A stretch of DNA of 64,000 bases. It comes from an uncultured delta proteobacterium (GTDB lineage Bacteria > Desulfobacterota > Binatia > UBA9968). The notes under the pieces were generated by a model. It was not told where the DNA came from. It worked only from the letters and a program-made list of their open reading frames with translations, and did no database searches. The stretch's first letter is position 1. The number at the start of each line of letters is the position of its first letter. The DNA lies in NCBI GenBank assembly GCA_963727625.1, contig CAVSHR010000004.1, positions 128,001 to 192,000 of the forward strand, read 5' to 3'. A program made the position numbers and the translations under genes. Positions 40,018 through 49,042 of the stretch are shown here, in pieces.

Positions 40018-40239
40018 GTGGCCGATAAAGAAAAAGATCTTTACATCCTCAAGCGCATGCGCGGTTGACACAGCAACTGAGGCCTCGGCTTCGAAGAGAC
40101 CACGGGGATGGTCTCCAACACGGTCAAGATGGATCAGAAAAAAGTGGTCGCCGCGCTCAAGCGTCTAAAGGCGAACCATAACGATGATCCGGAATATAAA
40201 AAGCTGCGTAAAGACTTGCCGAAAGAGTGGCCGATTTAA
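40018..40239 (+). CDS. Candidate 73-aa protein with two in-frame UGA codons (GUHSNUG), a putative double selenoprotein
   Basis: GAGGA RBS 8 nt before GTG. Reads MADKEKDLYILKRMRG-U-HSN-U-GLGFEETTGMVSNTVKMDQKKVVAALKRLKANHNDDPEYKKLRKDLPKEWPI-TAA with UGAs at 40066 and 40078; a hairpin follows. Confidence 0.65.
40096..40115 (+). promoter_or_regulatory. Candidate bacterial SECIS element
   Basis: Perfect 7-bp stem GAGACCA/TGGTCTC with loop CGGGGA. The spacer to the loop is 22 nt from the second UGA and 34 nt from the first. Confidence 0.55.
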
Positions 40240-40244
40240 ATTAA

Positions 40245-40326
40245 CGTCTAGCGTCTAGAGTTTAGGGGTCTAGGGTTGCAAATCGAATGCCGAAGATACC
40301 CGGCACTAAACCCCAGGCTTCCAAAC
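40245..40326. repeat. 7-mer tandem repeats (NGTYTAG) with a degenerate inverted copy between convergent genes
   Basis: CGTCTAG CGTCTAG AGTTTAG G GGTCTAG ... CTAAACC CCAGGCT TCCAAAC. Confidence 0.5.
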
Positions 40327-41082
40327 TTATCTACGCAACTTGACCGTCGGCTGGCGCAGATTCAGATCCTTCACACCGCCCCAGAACTCCCGTTTGCCGG
40401 TCATCGCCTGCACGTGGCCGTCCCATTCCAGGGTGAACGCGGTCAAACCGAGCTTCACCGCGGCGCGGACCTTGTTTTGCGTTGCTTCGTCGGTCGCCAA
40501 TTGCCTGATCGCGTCGATTTGGCGGCTGCCGTGGCCTTCGTCTTGGGCCGCGTGAAGCTTGTAGGTCTCGGCAGCGCGCGGCGTAAAGCCGTAGTGGCCG
40601 GTGAGCTCGCGATAGACCTTTTCGGAGATTTTTCCGGCGCCGCCGAGCTGGCTTTCGACGAAGGCGAGCATGGCGACGCCTTCGAGGGCGGAGCGGCGCT
40701 GGCAGCAGCCGATGATCATTTCGATGGCCGCGAGCGTTCCCGGCGCCGGTTCGGCGTTGTCCGCTTCGACGCGAGAAATGCCGCCTTCTTCGAGAAACTG
40801 GAGCATAATGTCCATGTGCGTGCGTTTGCCGCCGAGCTCTTCCATAAAATTTTCCAGCACCGTGTCCATTACGGTGTATTCCTTAGCCGACACGGCGTTC
40901 ACCGCCATGTAGCCGAAGAAGATCGGATTGGTGCGCACGCGCAGATAATGCTGCACTTCGCCGAGAATGATTTGCTCGCGCGTCCAGCAGTGCTTGATGA
41001 TGCCGTCGAACCAGGGATGCTGCTCCATCGGCACCTCCGCCGCGTCCCTCCAAAGCTGATCGATAAATTCATCGGGTGACAT
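40327..41082 (-). CDS. PqqC/CADD-like heme-oxygenase-like diiron oxidase
   Basis: HPW, ENFMEELGGKRTH, ES and LHAAQDEGH metal-ligand pattern. Confidence 0.8.
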   Translation of the reverse strand: MSPDEFIDQLWRDAAEVPMEQHPWFDGIIKHCWTREQIILGEVQHYLRVRTNPIFFGYMAVNAVSAKEYTVMDTVLENFMEELGGKRTHMDIMLQFLEEGGISRVEADNAEPAPGTLAAIEMIIGCCQRRSALEGVAMLAFVESQLGGAGKISEKVYRELTGHYGFTPRAAETYKLHAAQDEGHGSRQIDAIRQLATDEATQNKVRAAVKLGLTAFTLEWDGHVQAMTGKREFWGGVKDLNLRQPTVKLRR

Positions 41083-41327
41083 GAGCTACCGTCTAGCGCA
41101 AGCAACCGATAATGTCCATCGGACAGGTGCGCCGTTTGTCATTTCACCCTGCGACCGGGGCTCTTTGTTAAGCGAGGAAAGCGCTTGACCGGCGCGTAGA
41201 GCCAATTTATGAAGCATAGTTGACGGCTGAGCGGGCAAATTGCCCGGTCTGTGTTGCGGTTATCGCGGCTGATCTGCCATGCCCGCCAAGGCGTCTCGCA
41301 ATTTATCAAAAGAAAAAAAGAGTAGCG

Positions 41328-42212
41328 ATGATTGACTCTAAGCTCAGCCTGAACGATGGTCGGCAAATTCCGCAACTTGGCCTGGGTGTGTGGCGAATTC
41401 CCGCCGGCAAGAAATGCGAAGGGGCCGTGCTCACGGCTTTCGACGCCGGTTATCGCCATATCGACACGGCGTCCTTTTACGGCAACGAGGAAAGCGTCGG
41501 CGCCGCGGTCCGGGCGAGCGGTATCCGCCGGGAGGAAATTTTCATAACCACGAAATTGTGGAACAGCGATCACTCGAGCCCTGAGCGCGCTCTTGAAGCG
41601 AGCCTGCGCAAGCTCAAGTTGGAGTATGTCGACCTCTACTTGATCCACTATCCGGTGCCGCAGCGCCTGCGCAGCTGGCACGCCTTCGAAAAATTGCAAC
41701 AGCAGGGCAAGATACGCTCGATCGGCGTCAGCAATTTCACCATAAGACATTTGACTGAGCTGCTCGCTGAGACGGAGACCGTGCCTGCCGTCAATCAAGT
41801 CGAATTTCACCCCTATTTGTATCAGCGAGAGCTATTGGATTACTGCGTTGCCCGAGGGATCGTCGTCGAGGCCTACTGTCCGTTGACCCAGGGAGAGCGG
41901 TTGAATGAGCGGAAGCTAATTGCCGTCGCCAGGAAATACCCTCAAGGTTCGGCACAGCCTACCCGCCGTCGCACGAAGTTTCCCTTTATGCCCGGTGCCT
42001 CCCGCAACGATGAAACCAAGTCGCCGGCGCAAATCCTGATTCGCTGGGGGCTGCAGCATAATCTGGTCGTCATCCCGAAGTCGGCCAATCCCACCCGCAT
42101 CCGCGAGAACGCGGATGTTTTTGATTTTGAAATCAGCGACGAAGATATGAAGACTTTGGATGGTTTTAATGAAAACCTGCGCACCTGCTGGGACTCGACC
42201 CATGCGCCGTGA
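41328..42212 (+). CDS. Aldo/keto reductase (DkgA-like)
   Basis: GLGVW, GYRHIDTASFY, TTKLW, DLYLIH, IGVSNF and IPKS. Confidence 0.93.
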   Translation: MIDSKLSLNDGRQIPQLGLGVWRIPAGKKCEGAVLTAFDAGYRHIDTASFYGNEESVGAAVRASGIRREEIFITTKLWNSDHSSPERALEASLRKLKLEYVDLYLIHYPVPQRLRSWHAFEKLQQQGKIRSIGVSNFTIRHLTELLAETETVPAVNQVEFHPYLYQRELLDYCVARGIVVEAYCPLTQGERLNERKLIAVARKYPQGSAQPTRRRTKFPFMPGASRNDETKSPAQILIRWGLQHNLVVIPKSANPTRIRENADVFDFEISDEDMKTLDGFNENLRTCWDSTHAP

Positions 42213-42248
42213 CACGCTAATGCGAGAATCGGTTGCGGAGAAAAATGA

Positions 42249-42503
42249 ATGGAATTCGTAAGCCAGATTTTAGCCAAGCTGCTTATATGTGTCGGCATTA
42301 TGATCACTGCGGTCAGCTGTGTTTTAGGTTCCGTGGTCGGGTCGGGTGCAGGGGGCGTGCCGCTGATCGGTTTAGCTTTCATCATCGGCGGCGCCGTGCT
42401 CTGGAATAAAACGTCAACGAAGCTTTGCCCCGCCTGCGCCGAACGGGTGAAATCTCAAGCGCGCAAATGCCGGCACTGCGGCGCGGAGCTTGTCACCTAT
42501 TGA
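42249..42503 (+). CDS. Small membrane protein with zinc ribbon
   Basis: Two TM segments plus CPACAE...ARKCRHCG. Confidence 0.75.
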   Translation: MEFVSQILAKLLICVGIMITAVSCVLGSVVGSGAGGVPLIGLAFIIGGAVLWNKTSTKLCPACAERVKSQARKCRHCGAELVTY

Positions 42504-42548
42504 CCTTGACCCGTGCGCTACGGTATGGCGTCGCGTCACTGACGTTGA

Positions 42549-44576
42549 TCATTTCCAGCTGATGCCCCGGGGGACTGGAAGGTGCAAACCGCGATCGAAG
42601 AGTCCGTAAAAAAATCCCCACGCGACCACGGCCAGGATGAGGCTGATCGCCCACCGTTCCCGGGCACCCAGCTTGAGATAAAGGAACGTTCCCAGGAGTG
42701 CGGTCAAGTTAAAGCCCAAAACCCACACGCTTACGAAAAGACCGATAATCCAGCTTCCCATAGCCAGCGCGCGGCGCTGGGCAACGACGAGGCGGCTCGC
42801 GTCTGCTTTCACGACCGCGCCGCGCGACCGAAGAGTTTTGTAAAATTCGCTCGCGAACACGATTAAGCTCAGGCCGAGGCCTATGATCCCAATCAACCGG
42901 GGAAAAAAGGCGGCCCTCGGAAATTCGACTCCGAAACCGAAAAATCCCTCGCGAACGACGTAAAGAAACACGGCGGCAAGGGCGAGAGCGAACAGCGCAG
43001 GGTAGACAGGACTACGCAAAATAATCTCAAGCTCGACATCGGCAACGATGTTGCCTTTGCCTTTTTGCTTGCGGGCCTGGTAGATGGAATAGGCGAAAGC
43101 CGCGATGATCAAAAATCCGATGACAAGCACTCCGGGATGAAGTAGCCAGCCGGCGCCATAGGCCGAACTGGCGATGAAGAAATTCGCCTCGACGATATGG
43201 CCCAACACGAGTCCGAGCAGAAGTGGTGGCCGGGGCCACTTGAACTGAACCATCAGCCAACCCAAAGCGCCGAAGAATAGAACCAGTGCGATGTCGCCAA
43301 TGTCGTTTTTCTCGGTAAACCCTCCCATAAAAACCAGCAGCAGGATAAAGGGAACGAGATAGGTTCCCTTGATGTAGGTGATTTTGACCAGTTGGCCAAG
43401 AAACAAAAAGCAAACCGCTACGGTGATGATGTTGGCGATGACGATAAGCCAGACAAAAGAAAAGGTCAGCGTGAGGAATTTTTCCGGATCGAGCATATCG
43501 GGACCCGGCGTGATGCCTTGGATAATAAACGCTCCCAACAAGATCGCCATGGAAACACTTCCCGGCACACCGAAAGCGATCGTGGGAATTAAGGAGCCGC
43601 CTTCTTTGGAATTGTTCGCCGCTCCGGGTCCCAGCACCCCTTCCACGGCGCCTTTGCCGAAGCGATCTTTATCGGGCGAGCTTTGCACGGCGTGAGCGTA
43701 GGCTACCCACTGGGCGGCGCCTCCTCCCAGGCCGGGTAAAAGCCCGATGTAGGCGCCGATGGCGCTGCAGCGCAGCACCAGCCAGCCGTGGTGAAAAGTG
43801 TCTTTGACTCCCTGCATCACGCCGCCGATCTTTTCGACCTTGTCCCGGGCGATGCTGGTTCCCTGGACTGCAAGATCAACGATTTCCGGGATCGCAAAAA
43901 GCCCCACAGTAACGACGACCAGCGATATGCCGTCCCAGAAAAACAACGAGGCGTCCTCGCCGATAATCGACTCCAACGTAAAACGCGGCACCGAAGCAAC
44001 GGGGTCAAGGCCGATGGTGGCGAGAATAAGTCCGAAAGCTCCCGCCGTGATGCCTTTCAAGATATTGCTTCCGCTCACCGACGCTACAAAGGTGATCCCC
44101 AGGATCGCCAGCATGAAAAACTCTGCCGCCCCGATCGAGAGCACGAGCGGCTGGACAATGGGGATGGCCAGCGCGAGCAGTAAGGCCCCGAAGACCGCGC
44201 CGATAAGAGAGCTCATGAGCGCGGCTCCGAGGGCGCGCCCAGCTTCGCCTTTCTTCGCCATCGCGTGCCCGTCGACGACTGTGGCAGCAGTCGTTCCCTC
44301 ACCGGGGACACCGAATAATACCGAGGTGATATCTCCCGTTGTTGCCGTGACCGCGTTGGAACCTAATAGAAAGGCGAACGCCGAGAAGGGATCCATCTGA
44401 TAAATGAAGGGAAGCATTAAGGCGAGAGTTGCCGCTCCCCCGAGGCCCGGCAAGATGCCGACCCAGAACCCAATGAAAATCCCCACGAGCATGAAAGAGA
44501 AGGCGTTCACGCCCGCGGGGGCTATGGGTAGGATTGCAACGAGCCCTTGGAAAAGGGCATCAAAATAACCCAACAA
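42549..44576 (-). CDS. tctA: Tripartite tricarboxylate transporter TctA with fused TctB-like C-terminus
   Basis: GILPGLGG, GVPGE, AANNSKEGGSLIPT and PGP; about 170 extra C-terminal residues with 4 TMs, a FFP motif and the ending F..GLHLPVPRG. Confidence 0.9.
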   Translation of the reverse strand: MLGYFDALFQGLVAILPIAPAGVNAFSFMLVGIFIGFWVGILPGLGGAATLALMLPFIYQMDPFSAFAFLLGSNAVTATTGDITSVLFGVPGEGTTAATVVDGHAMAKKGEAGRALGAALMSSLIGAVFGALLLALAIPIVQPLVLSIGAAEFFMLAILGITFVASVSGSNILKGITAGAFGLILATIGLDPVASVPRFTLESIIGEDASLFFWDGISLVVVTVGLFAIPEIVDLAVQGTSIARDKVEKIGGVMQGVKDTFHHGWLVLRCSAIGAYIGLLPGLGGGAAQWVAYAHAVQSSPDKDRFGKGAVEGVLGPGAANNSKEGGSLIPTIAFGVPGSVSMAILLGAFIIQGITPGPDMLDPEKFLTLTFSFVWLIVIANIITVAVCFLFLGQLVKITYIKGTYLVPFILLLVFMGGFTEKNDIGDIALVLFFGALGWLMVQFKWPRPPLLLGLVLGHIVEANFFIASSAYGAGWLLHPGVLVIGFLIIAAFAYSIYQARKQKGKGNIVADVELEIILRSPVYPALFALALAAVFLYVVREGFFGFGVEFPRAAFFPRLIGIIGLGLSLIVFASEFYKTLRSRGAVVKADASRLVVAQRRALAMGSWIIGLFVSVWVLGFNLTALLGTFLYLKLGARERWAISLILAVVAWGFFYGLFDRGLHLPVPRGISWK

Positions 44577-44578
44577 GA

Positions 44579-45628
44579 CTAATTCTTTCGCCCGATCATG
44601 GTCTTCAGCTTTTCGACCGCCGAAGCCGGAGTGTTGACGACTTCTTCCACGTACTTTGCGACATCCTCACCGGAGGTAAAACCGATATCCAGCTTGCCTT
44701 TCTTGGCCTCGGCTAAAAATTCCGGATCCTCCATCGTTTTCTTGAGACTCTCGCGAAGCAGTCCGACCCTGTCTTTAGTCACCTTTGGCGGCGCCACCAC
44801 GGGACGGAAAAATACGTAGGGGTTAAGCCATGCCTTGAACGCAGCCAGATCGGACGGGTCTTTGATCCGCGCTGAAATTTGCGGAATTTGTTTGGTCTCG
44901 GGGTCGGGATGCTTACCTTGGATGGCGAAGGGGATCAGCCGCTTCTCGCCTTTGTCATTGAGCATGGCACGCGCTGTCGTCCGGATTGACTCCCAAGTCC
45001 AGCAGGCCCCATCGATTTCCCTTCGCTGCATCGCCACCCGGACCGCGGAAGTGCCTCCATAACCGCGAACGACATTGATTGGGGCATTGAACAAGCCAAT
45101 CAGCAATTTGGGCAGGTCATCAGTCGTAGAACCCGGTCCGGTGGAGCCGAATCGAAGCTCTTTTTTGGAATTCACCACGTCGTTCAGGGTATTGAGTCCC
45201 GTAAAACCCATGATCACACAAGTCGGAGTGCCTTCGCTCATTGAGCCGAGCCAGTGGAATTTCCTGGAGTCGAAGCGAATCCCTTTTTCCCCCAACGCCT
45301 GTTGCGTGACCAAACCGCCGCCGAACACGCCCAACGTTGTTCCGTCGGGCTCGGCGCGGTTAAAAACATAATTTGCCGCGCGCAGGCTTCCGGCGCCGTC
45401 CATGTTCTCGACCACGACGGTGGGATTGCCCGGAATGTGTTTCCCCAGATGGCGGCTCACCGCTCGGGTATAAACGTCATAACCGCCGCCCACCCGGTAT
45501 CCCACAATGATGCGAATCACTTTATCCTTGTAAAAGTCCTGGGCGGCGGCACCAGGTAAGTAACCTGCAATAAAGACTGCAATTGTAGCGGCCGTGGTTA
45601 GCAAAAAATTTTTTGGTCGCTTTATCAT
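44579..45628 (-). CDS. tctC: Tripartite tricarboxylate transporter substrate-binding protein (TctC/Bug)
   Basis: GGGYD..R...HIPGNP..VVENMDGAG, GYGG and DPEFLAEA. Confidence 0.9.
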   Translation of the reverse strand: MIKRPKNFLLTTAATIAVFIAGYLPGAAAQDFYKDKVIRIIVGYRVGGGYDVYTRAVSRHLGKHIPGNPTVVVENMDGAGSLRAANYVFNRAEPDGTTLGVFGGGLVTQQALGEKGIRFDSRKFHWLGSMSEGTPTCVIMGFTGLNTLNDVVNSKKELRFGSTGPGSTTDDLPKLLIGLFNAPINVVRGYGGTSAVRVAMQRREIDGACWTWESIRTTARAMLNDKGEKRLIPFAIQGKHPDPETKQIPQISARIKDPSDLAAFKAWLNPYVFFRPVVAPPKVTKDRVGLLRESLKKTMEDPEFLAEAKKGKLDIGFTSGEDVAKYVEEVVNTPASAVEKLKTMIGRKN

Positions 45629-45716
45629 TTTCTCTCCTCTCTGTTTATCTCTGGTCGTCCGATTCACGACTTCGTAACCCACTAAAAACTGCTTAGCAAA
45701 ATATTCAAGGCGAAAC

Positions 45717-45731
45717 GCAATCGTTGTGCCA
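45717..45731 (-). promoter_or_regulatory. Sigma54 -24/-12 promoter of the tctC-tctA operon
   Basis: Minus strand TGGCAC-AACGA-TTGC matches TGGCAC-N5-TTGC exactly, about 90 nt upstream of the tctC start. Confidence 0.75.
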
Positions 45732-45839
45732 TGGAATTAGGGCAGATTTTACGGCTAAAAACAGATTTTCCTTCTTAAATTTGCGAACCGGGCCGGAATC
45801 TATTTTCAAGAGTAGGAACTTTTTCGACGGGAATTAATG

Positions 45840-45965
45840 TGAGCTAACCTCGGTTTGACGGACACCTTAGAGAAGGGACAAATAACCTTAAGGAGGTGTT
45901 CGATGACCAAGCGCAGGAAATACACGTCTGAGTTTAAACGAGAAGCAGTGCGGCTGATGGCGAGT
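45840..45965 (+). mobile_element. IS3-family left end and truncated orfA
   Basis: TGAGCTAACCTCGGTTTGACGGACACC terminus, AAGGAGG RBS and MTKRRKYTSEFKREAVRLM. Confidence 0.8.
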
Positions 45966-46232
45966 TCATTGAATGACGGAATCGCGTCTGAAATGCTTCG
46001 GCGGCACTAAGAAAATTTCGCTATCATTTTCAAGCGGGAACGTCCTACCCGTTTTGGGACAGAGCGCATTGTGCCATCGAATAGCCTTCACCTGTGGTGG
46101 GACAGAACGCCCATGAAATAACTCAGCGATGCTTTGCTTTTGGTCTGGACCTTCCTCGATGTGAAGCCTCAATAGAACCGGATGATCGCGGCCGCAATTC
46201 TTGCAACGAACAGAAATATCGTAAGCAGGCAT
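45966..46232 (-). CDS. Small hypothetical metal-binding protein
   Basis: GGAGG RBS; CKNC..H and CPKT motifs. Confidence 0.7.
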   Translation of the reverse strand: MPAYDISVRCKNCGRDHPVLLRLHIEEGPDQKQSIAELFHGRSVPPQVKAIRWHNALCPKTGRTFPLENDSEIFLVPPKHFRRDSVIQ

Positions 46233-46759
46233 GGGACCTCCTATCTCCTACAAGACTCATATCGCCGAGTCCGGTTCTTACGCAAGCCCCCCTTTTTTGA
46301 GTAGATCCGTTGGGGAACAAGCACTCATCCACAACAATACGGGCAAGCTCCAGGGCGAACCCCGCCGCACGCTATTTCAACCCCGTTAAATCGTGGAACC
46401 TCAAAGCGGACAACCGGCAGGGTGAAAGCAAGACGCCGCCGCCGCAACCCGCTCATTGAAGTTTGTTCCCGCCGGCCTCTATCAGAATATGACCAAGCTA
46501 ATCCACCAGGGAAATGAGGCTGATGAAACATCGGTTTCGTGTCTTTGCTCCATAGATGGATTGCGGATTTTAATCTTTATCACTCAAAGACCCCAAGCTC
46601 ACAAATGTGGATTTCTTCATTGACGCCGCCAACCACCTGAAGTAAAAGTCAGATCAGTCGCTGTTGTGTTCGCTTGGTAGCGCTCTTGCGGATTCAAGTT
46701 GTGTTTTTCCGGGGCGCACAAAAAGTTATAGCAATCGCTACGGGATAAAGGAGGCGCGC

Positions 46760-47809
46760 ATGAACAAAATAGTATTGGCTGCGGTCGCGTTCGTAAGCGG
46801 AATCGGTTCTCTTTGTAGTTTTCCGAATTCCGTTACGGCGGACGATTTTTACAAGGGCAGTACGATTCGCTTTGTCGTGGGCTATGCCGCGGGAGGTGGC
46901 TATGATCTCGCGACTCGCTTGGTAAGCAGGCATATCGGTAAACACATTCCCGGAAATCCTTCCGTCGTAGTGGAAAACATGACCGGTGCTGGGAGCCTTA
47001 TCGCCGCCAATTATACCTACAAGGGCGCCAAAGCTGACGGTTTGACAGTGGGGATTTGGAACGGGGCGTTTGTTTTGCGCCAGGCGCTTGGCGACAAAGC
47101 AGTGAGACTGGACGGACGGAAGCTCGGCTGGCTCGGCGCACCCACCAAAGGAACGCCGGTCTGCGCGATCATGGCCCACACCGGCCTTAAGTCTTTCGAG
47201 GACATTCTTAATTCAAAGAAGAGGATTAAAATGGGGGCAACCCGGGCGGGTTCCACTTACGACGACCTGCCAAAAATCCTAAACAAGACGGTGAATACCA
47301 AGTTCGACGTCATCAGCGGTTACACGGGGACTGGGACGATCTCAGTCGCCCTGCGGTCAAGGGAGGTGGACGGGGCCTGTCAGACTTGGGAGTCGATGCG
47401 AACAACCATGAGGGTCTTGCTCAACGGGAAAGGTGAAAACGAAATGATACCTTTCTTGATTCATAGCAGGTGGGAAGACCCAGAAGTTAAGGACGTGCCG
47501 CTCATTCCTGAAATTATCAAAGGCAAAGATAATCTCGCGATGTACCGGGCATGGGTCGCCACCTACGAGTTTCAGCGTCCCTTCAGCGTGCCGCCCGGCA
47601 CCCCAAAGGAACGGTTAAGCATACTGCGTAAGGCGTTTGCGGCGACCATGAAGGATCCTGAATTCTTGTCCGAGGCCAAGAAGTCAAAATTGGATGTGAC
47701 GTATGTAACGCCTGAGCAGATAGCGGACTATGTCGAACAAATCATGACGATGACGCCCAAGGCGAAGGCGAGTCTTCAATTCCTTGTTAGGAAGTCAAAA
47801 AAGCAATAA
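46760..47809 (+). CDS. tctC: Orphan TctC/Bug substrate-binding protein
   Basis: AAGGAGG RBS; GGGYD...HIPGNPSVVVENMTGAG; clear paralog of 44579-45628. Confidence 0.9.
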   Translation: MNKIVLAAVAFVSGIGSLCSFPNSVTADDFYKGSTIRFVVGYAAGGGYDLATRLVSRHIGKHIPGNPSVVVENMTGAGSLIAANYTYKGAKADGLTVGIWNGAFVLRQALGDKAVRLDGRKLGWLGAPTKGTPVCAIMAHTGLKSFEDILNSKKRIKMGATRAGSTYDDLPKILNKTVNTKFDVISGYTGTGTISVALRSREVDGACQTWESMRTTMRVLLNGKGENEMIPFLIHSRWEDPEVKDVPLIPEIIKGKDNLAMYRAWVATYEFQRPFSVPPGTPKERLSILRKAFAATMKDPEFLSEAKKSKLDVTYVTPEQIADYVEQIMTMTPKAKASLQFLVRKSKKQ

Positions 47810-47829
47810 GGGAACTACCGAGCCGGCGG

Positions 47830-48089
47830 GGTGGATTAACCAGGGTCGCACTGGCGTGTGAACCCGCCGGACATCGGAATGAGCTCGACGCCATACCCTT
47901 CGGCGCGGAAGTAGCCCAATTTTTGCGCCAAGATCAACGGGTAAGAAGCGGATTCGATTCCTTGTAGTCTGATGCGCAAGGGCGTGAGGTTATCGGCAGA
48001 AGCCGCAGCGCAAAGAGCTTTGCCGGAATGGCAGCGATAAACAAGGAGAAGGTCATTGCAACCACAACCACCGACCGCGATCGTGCCAT
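47830..48089 (-). pseudogene. Remnant of an ABC substrate-binding protein gene
   Basis: Signal-peptide-like start and LAQKLGYFRAEGYGVELIPM, broken by stops and frameshifts. Confidence 0.55.
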
Positions 48090-48273
48090 TCTCGGTTCTC
48101 GATACGCCAGTGCCATCCTAGGATTCGACGCCGAAATCATTGACCGGGCGACATCGAGAGTTGTAATTCAGTCTCACACAGGGAGCGGAACAATCGCGGG
48201 CTTTGAACGGCTTGAAAAAAGCAAAGGAGTCCGCAATTCAAACGATCGAACCACGACAACGGCGGGAACAGTG

Positions 48274-48380
48274 ATGAAGAACGGCTTAAAGATCATCGAT
48301 TCCGATATACATATCATGGAGCCCGTCGACCTTTGGGAAAAATACCTGGAGCCGCGTTTCAAAGATCGCGGCCCGCGCGG
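48274..48380 (+). pseudogene. Amidohydrolase N-terminal fragment
   Basis: MKNGLKIIDSDIHIMEPVDLWEKYL (amidohydrolase_2 DxDxH motif), truncated. Confidence 0.75.
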
Positions 48381-48506
48381 TTGGAGAACTAAAACGGACT
48401 TGCCCGACCAGGAGGCAAAAAGCTAAAACAACCCTGTCTCGGACGCTCTCCGTTGGCCGGTTTTTGGGGTGACCACTAATGGCCGGTTTTGAAGTGACCA
48501 TTGAGG
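48370..48506 (+). mobile_element. IS21-family right end (istB tail plus terminal repeats)
   Basis: GPRGWRTKTDLP resembles an IstB C-terminus; two copies of TGGCCGGTTTT(T)GRRGTGACCA at 48454 and 48480. Confidence 0.65.
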
Positions 48507-49042
48507 GACAATTTCTATGAAAGATGCCCGTGCGTTGGCTGACATTGGATCGAAGCTGTCGAGTCCAGCTCTTATTTTGGCTGCAATCGAAATGTAACGT
48601 CGTACAGTTCAATCCTGCGACAAAAATTTGTCCCAAGAGTCTTGTGTCCTTGCTTTACGTGCCTCGACTCCGGTGATGTTGCGCCCACTAGATTCGGAAC
48701 ACTGGATGAGTGGCTACTGAGACCCGTCCCCAACTCCGCATATAATCCGAAGCCCTCGCTTTTTTTTTAGTTTATTTCATCTTCCCATAATATCTTGTCA
48801 CAGATAAATTAAGAGCGAGCCTTGGTAAAAATTTGGCAGGAAAACTCTGGACCTCATGTAATCCTGCTCAGTAGTGAGCAAGGGGAAGAAAAATAGGGGT
48901 GGACCTCCGAGATCGTCCAGCGCATGAGGCGGCGGCGAAAACGCTTATGCAGGTCACCGAGGTGGTCAAAAAGGTGCCGGGGCGCAACTCCCCGGCACCT
49001 TCGACCTATGCAGACAAAAAACAATCCACTAACCGCGAAATT

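Noticed and set aside
48454-48500. Two 21-22 bp repeats as CRISPR or an operator
   Set aside because: Only two copies 4 bp apart, and they match IS21-type end structure.
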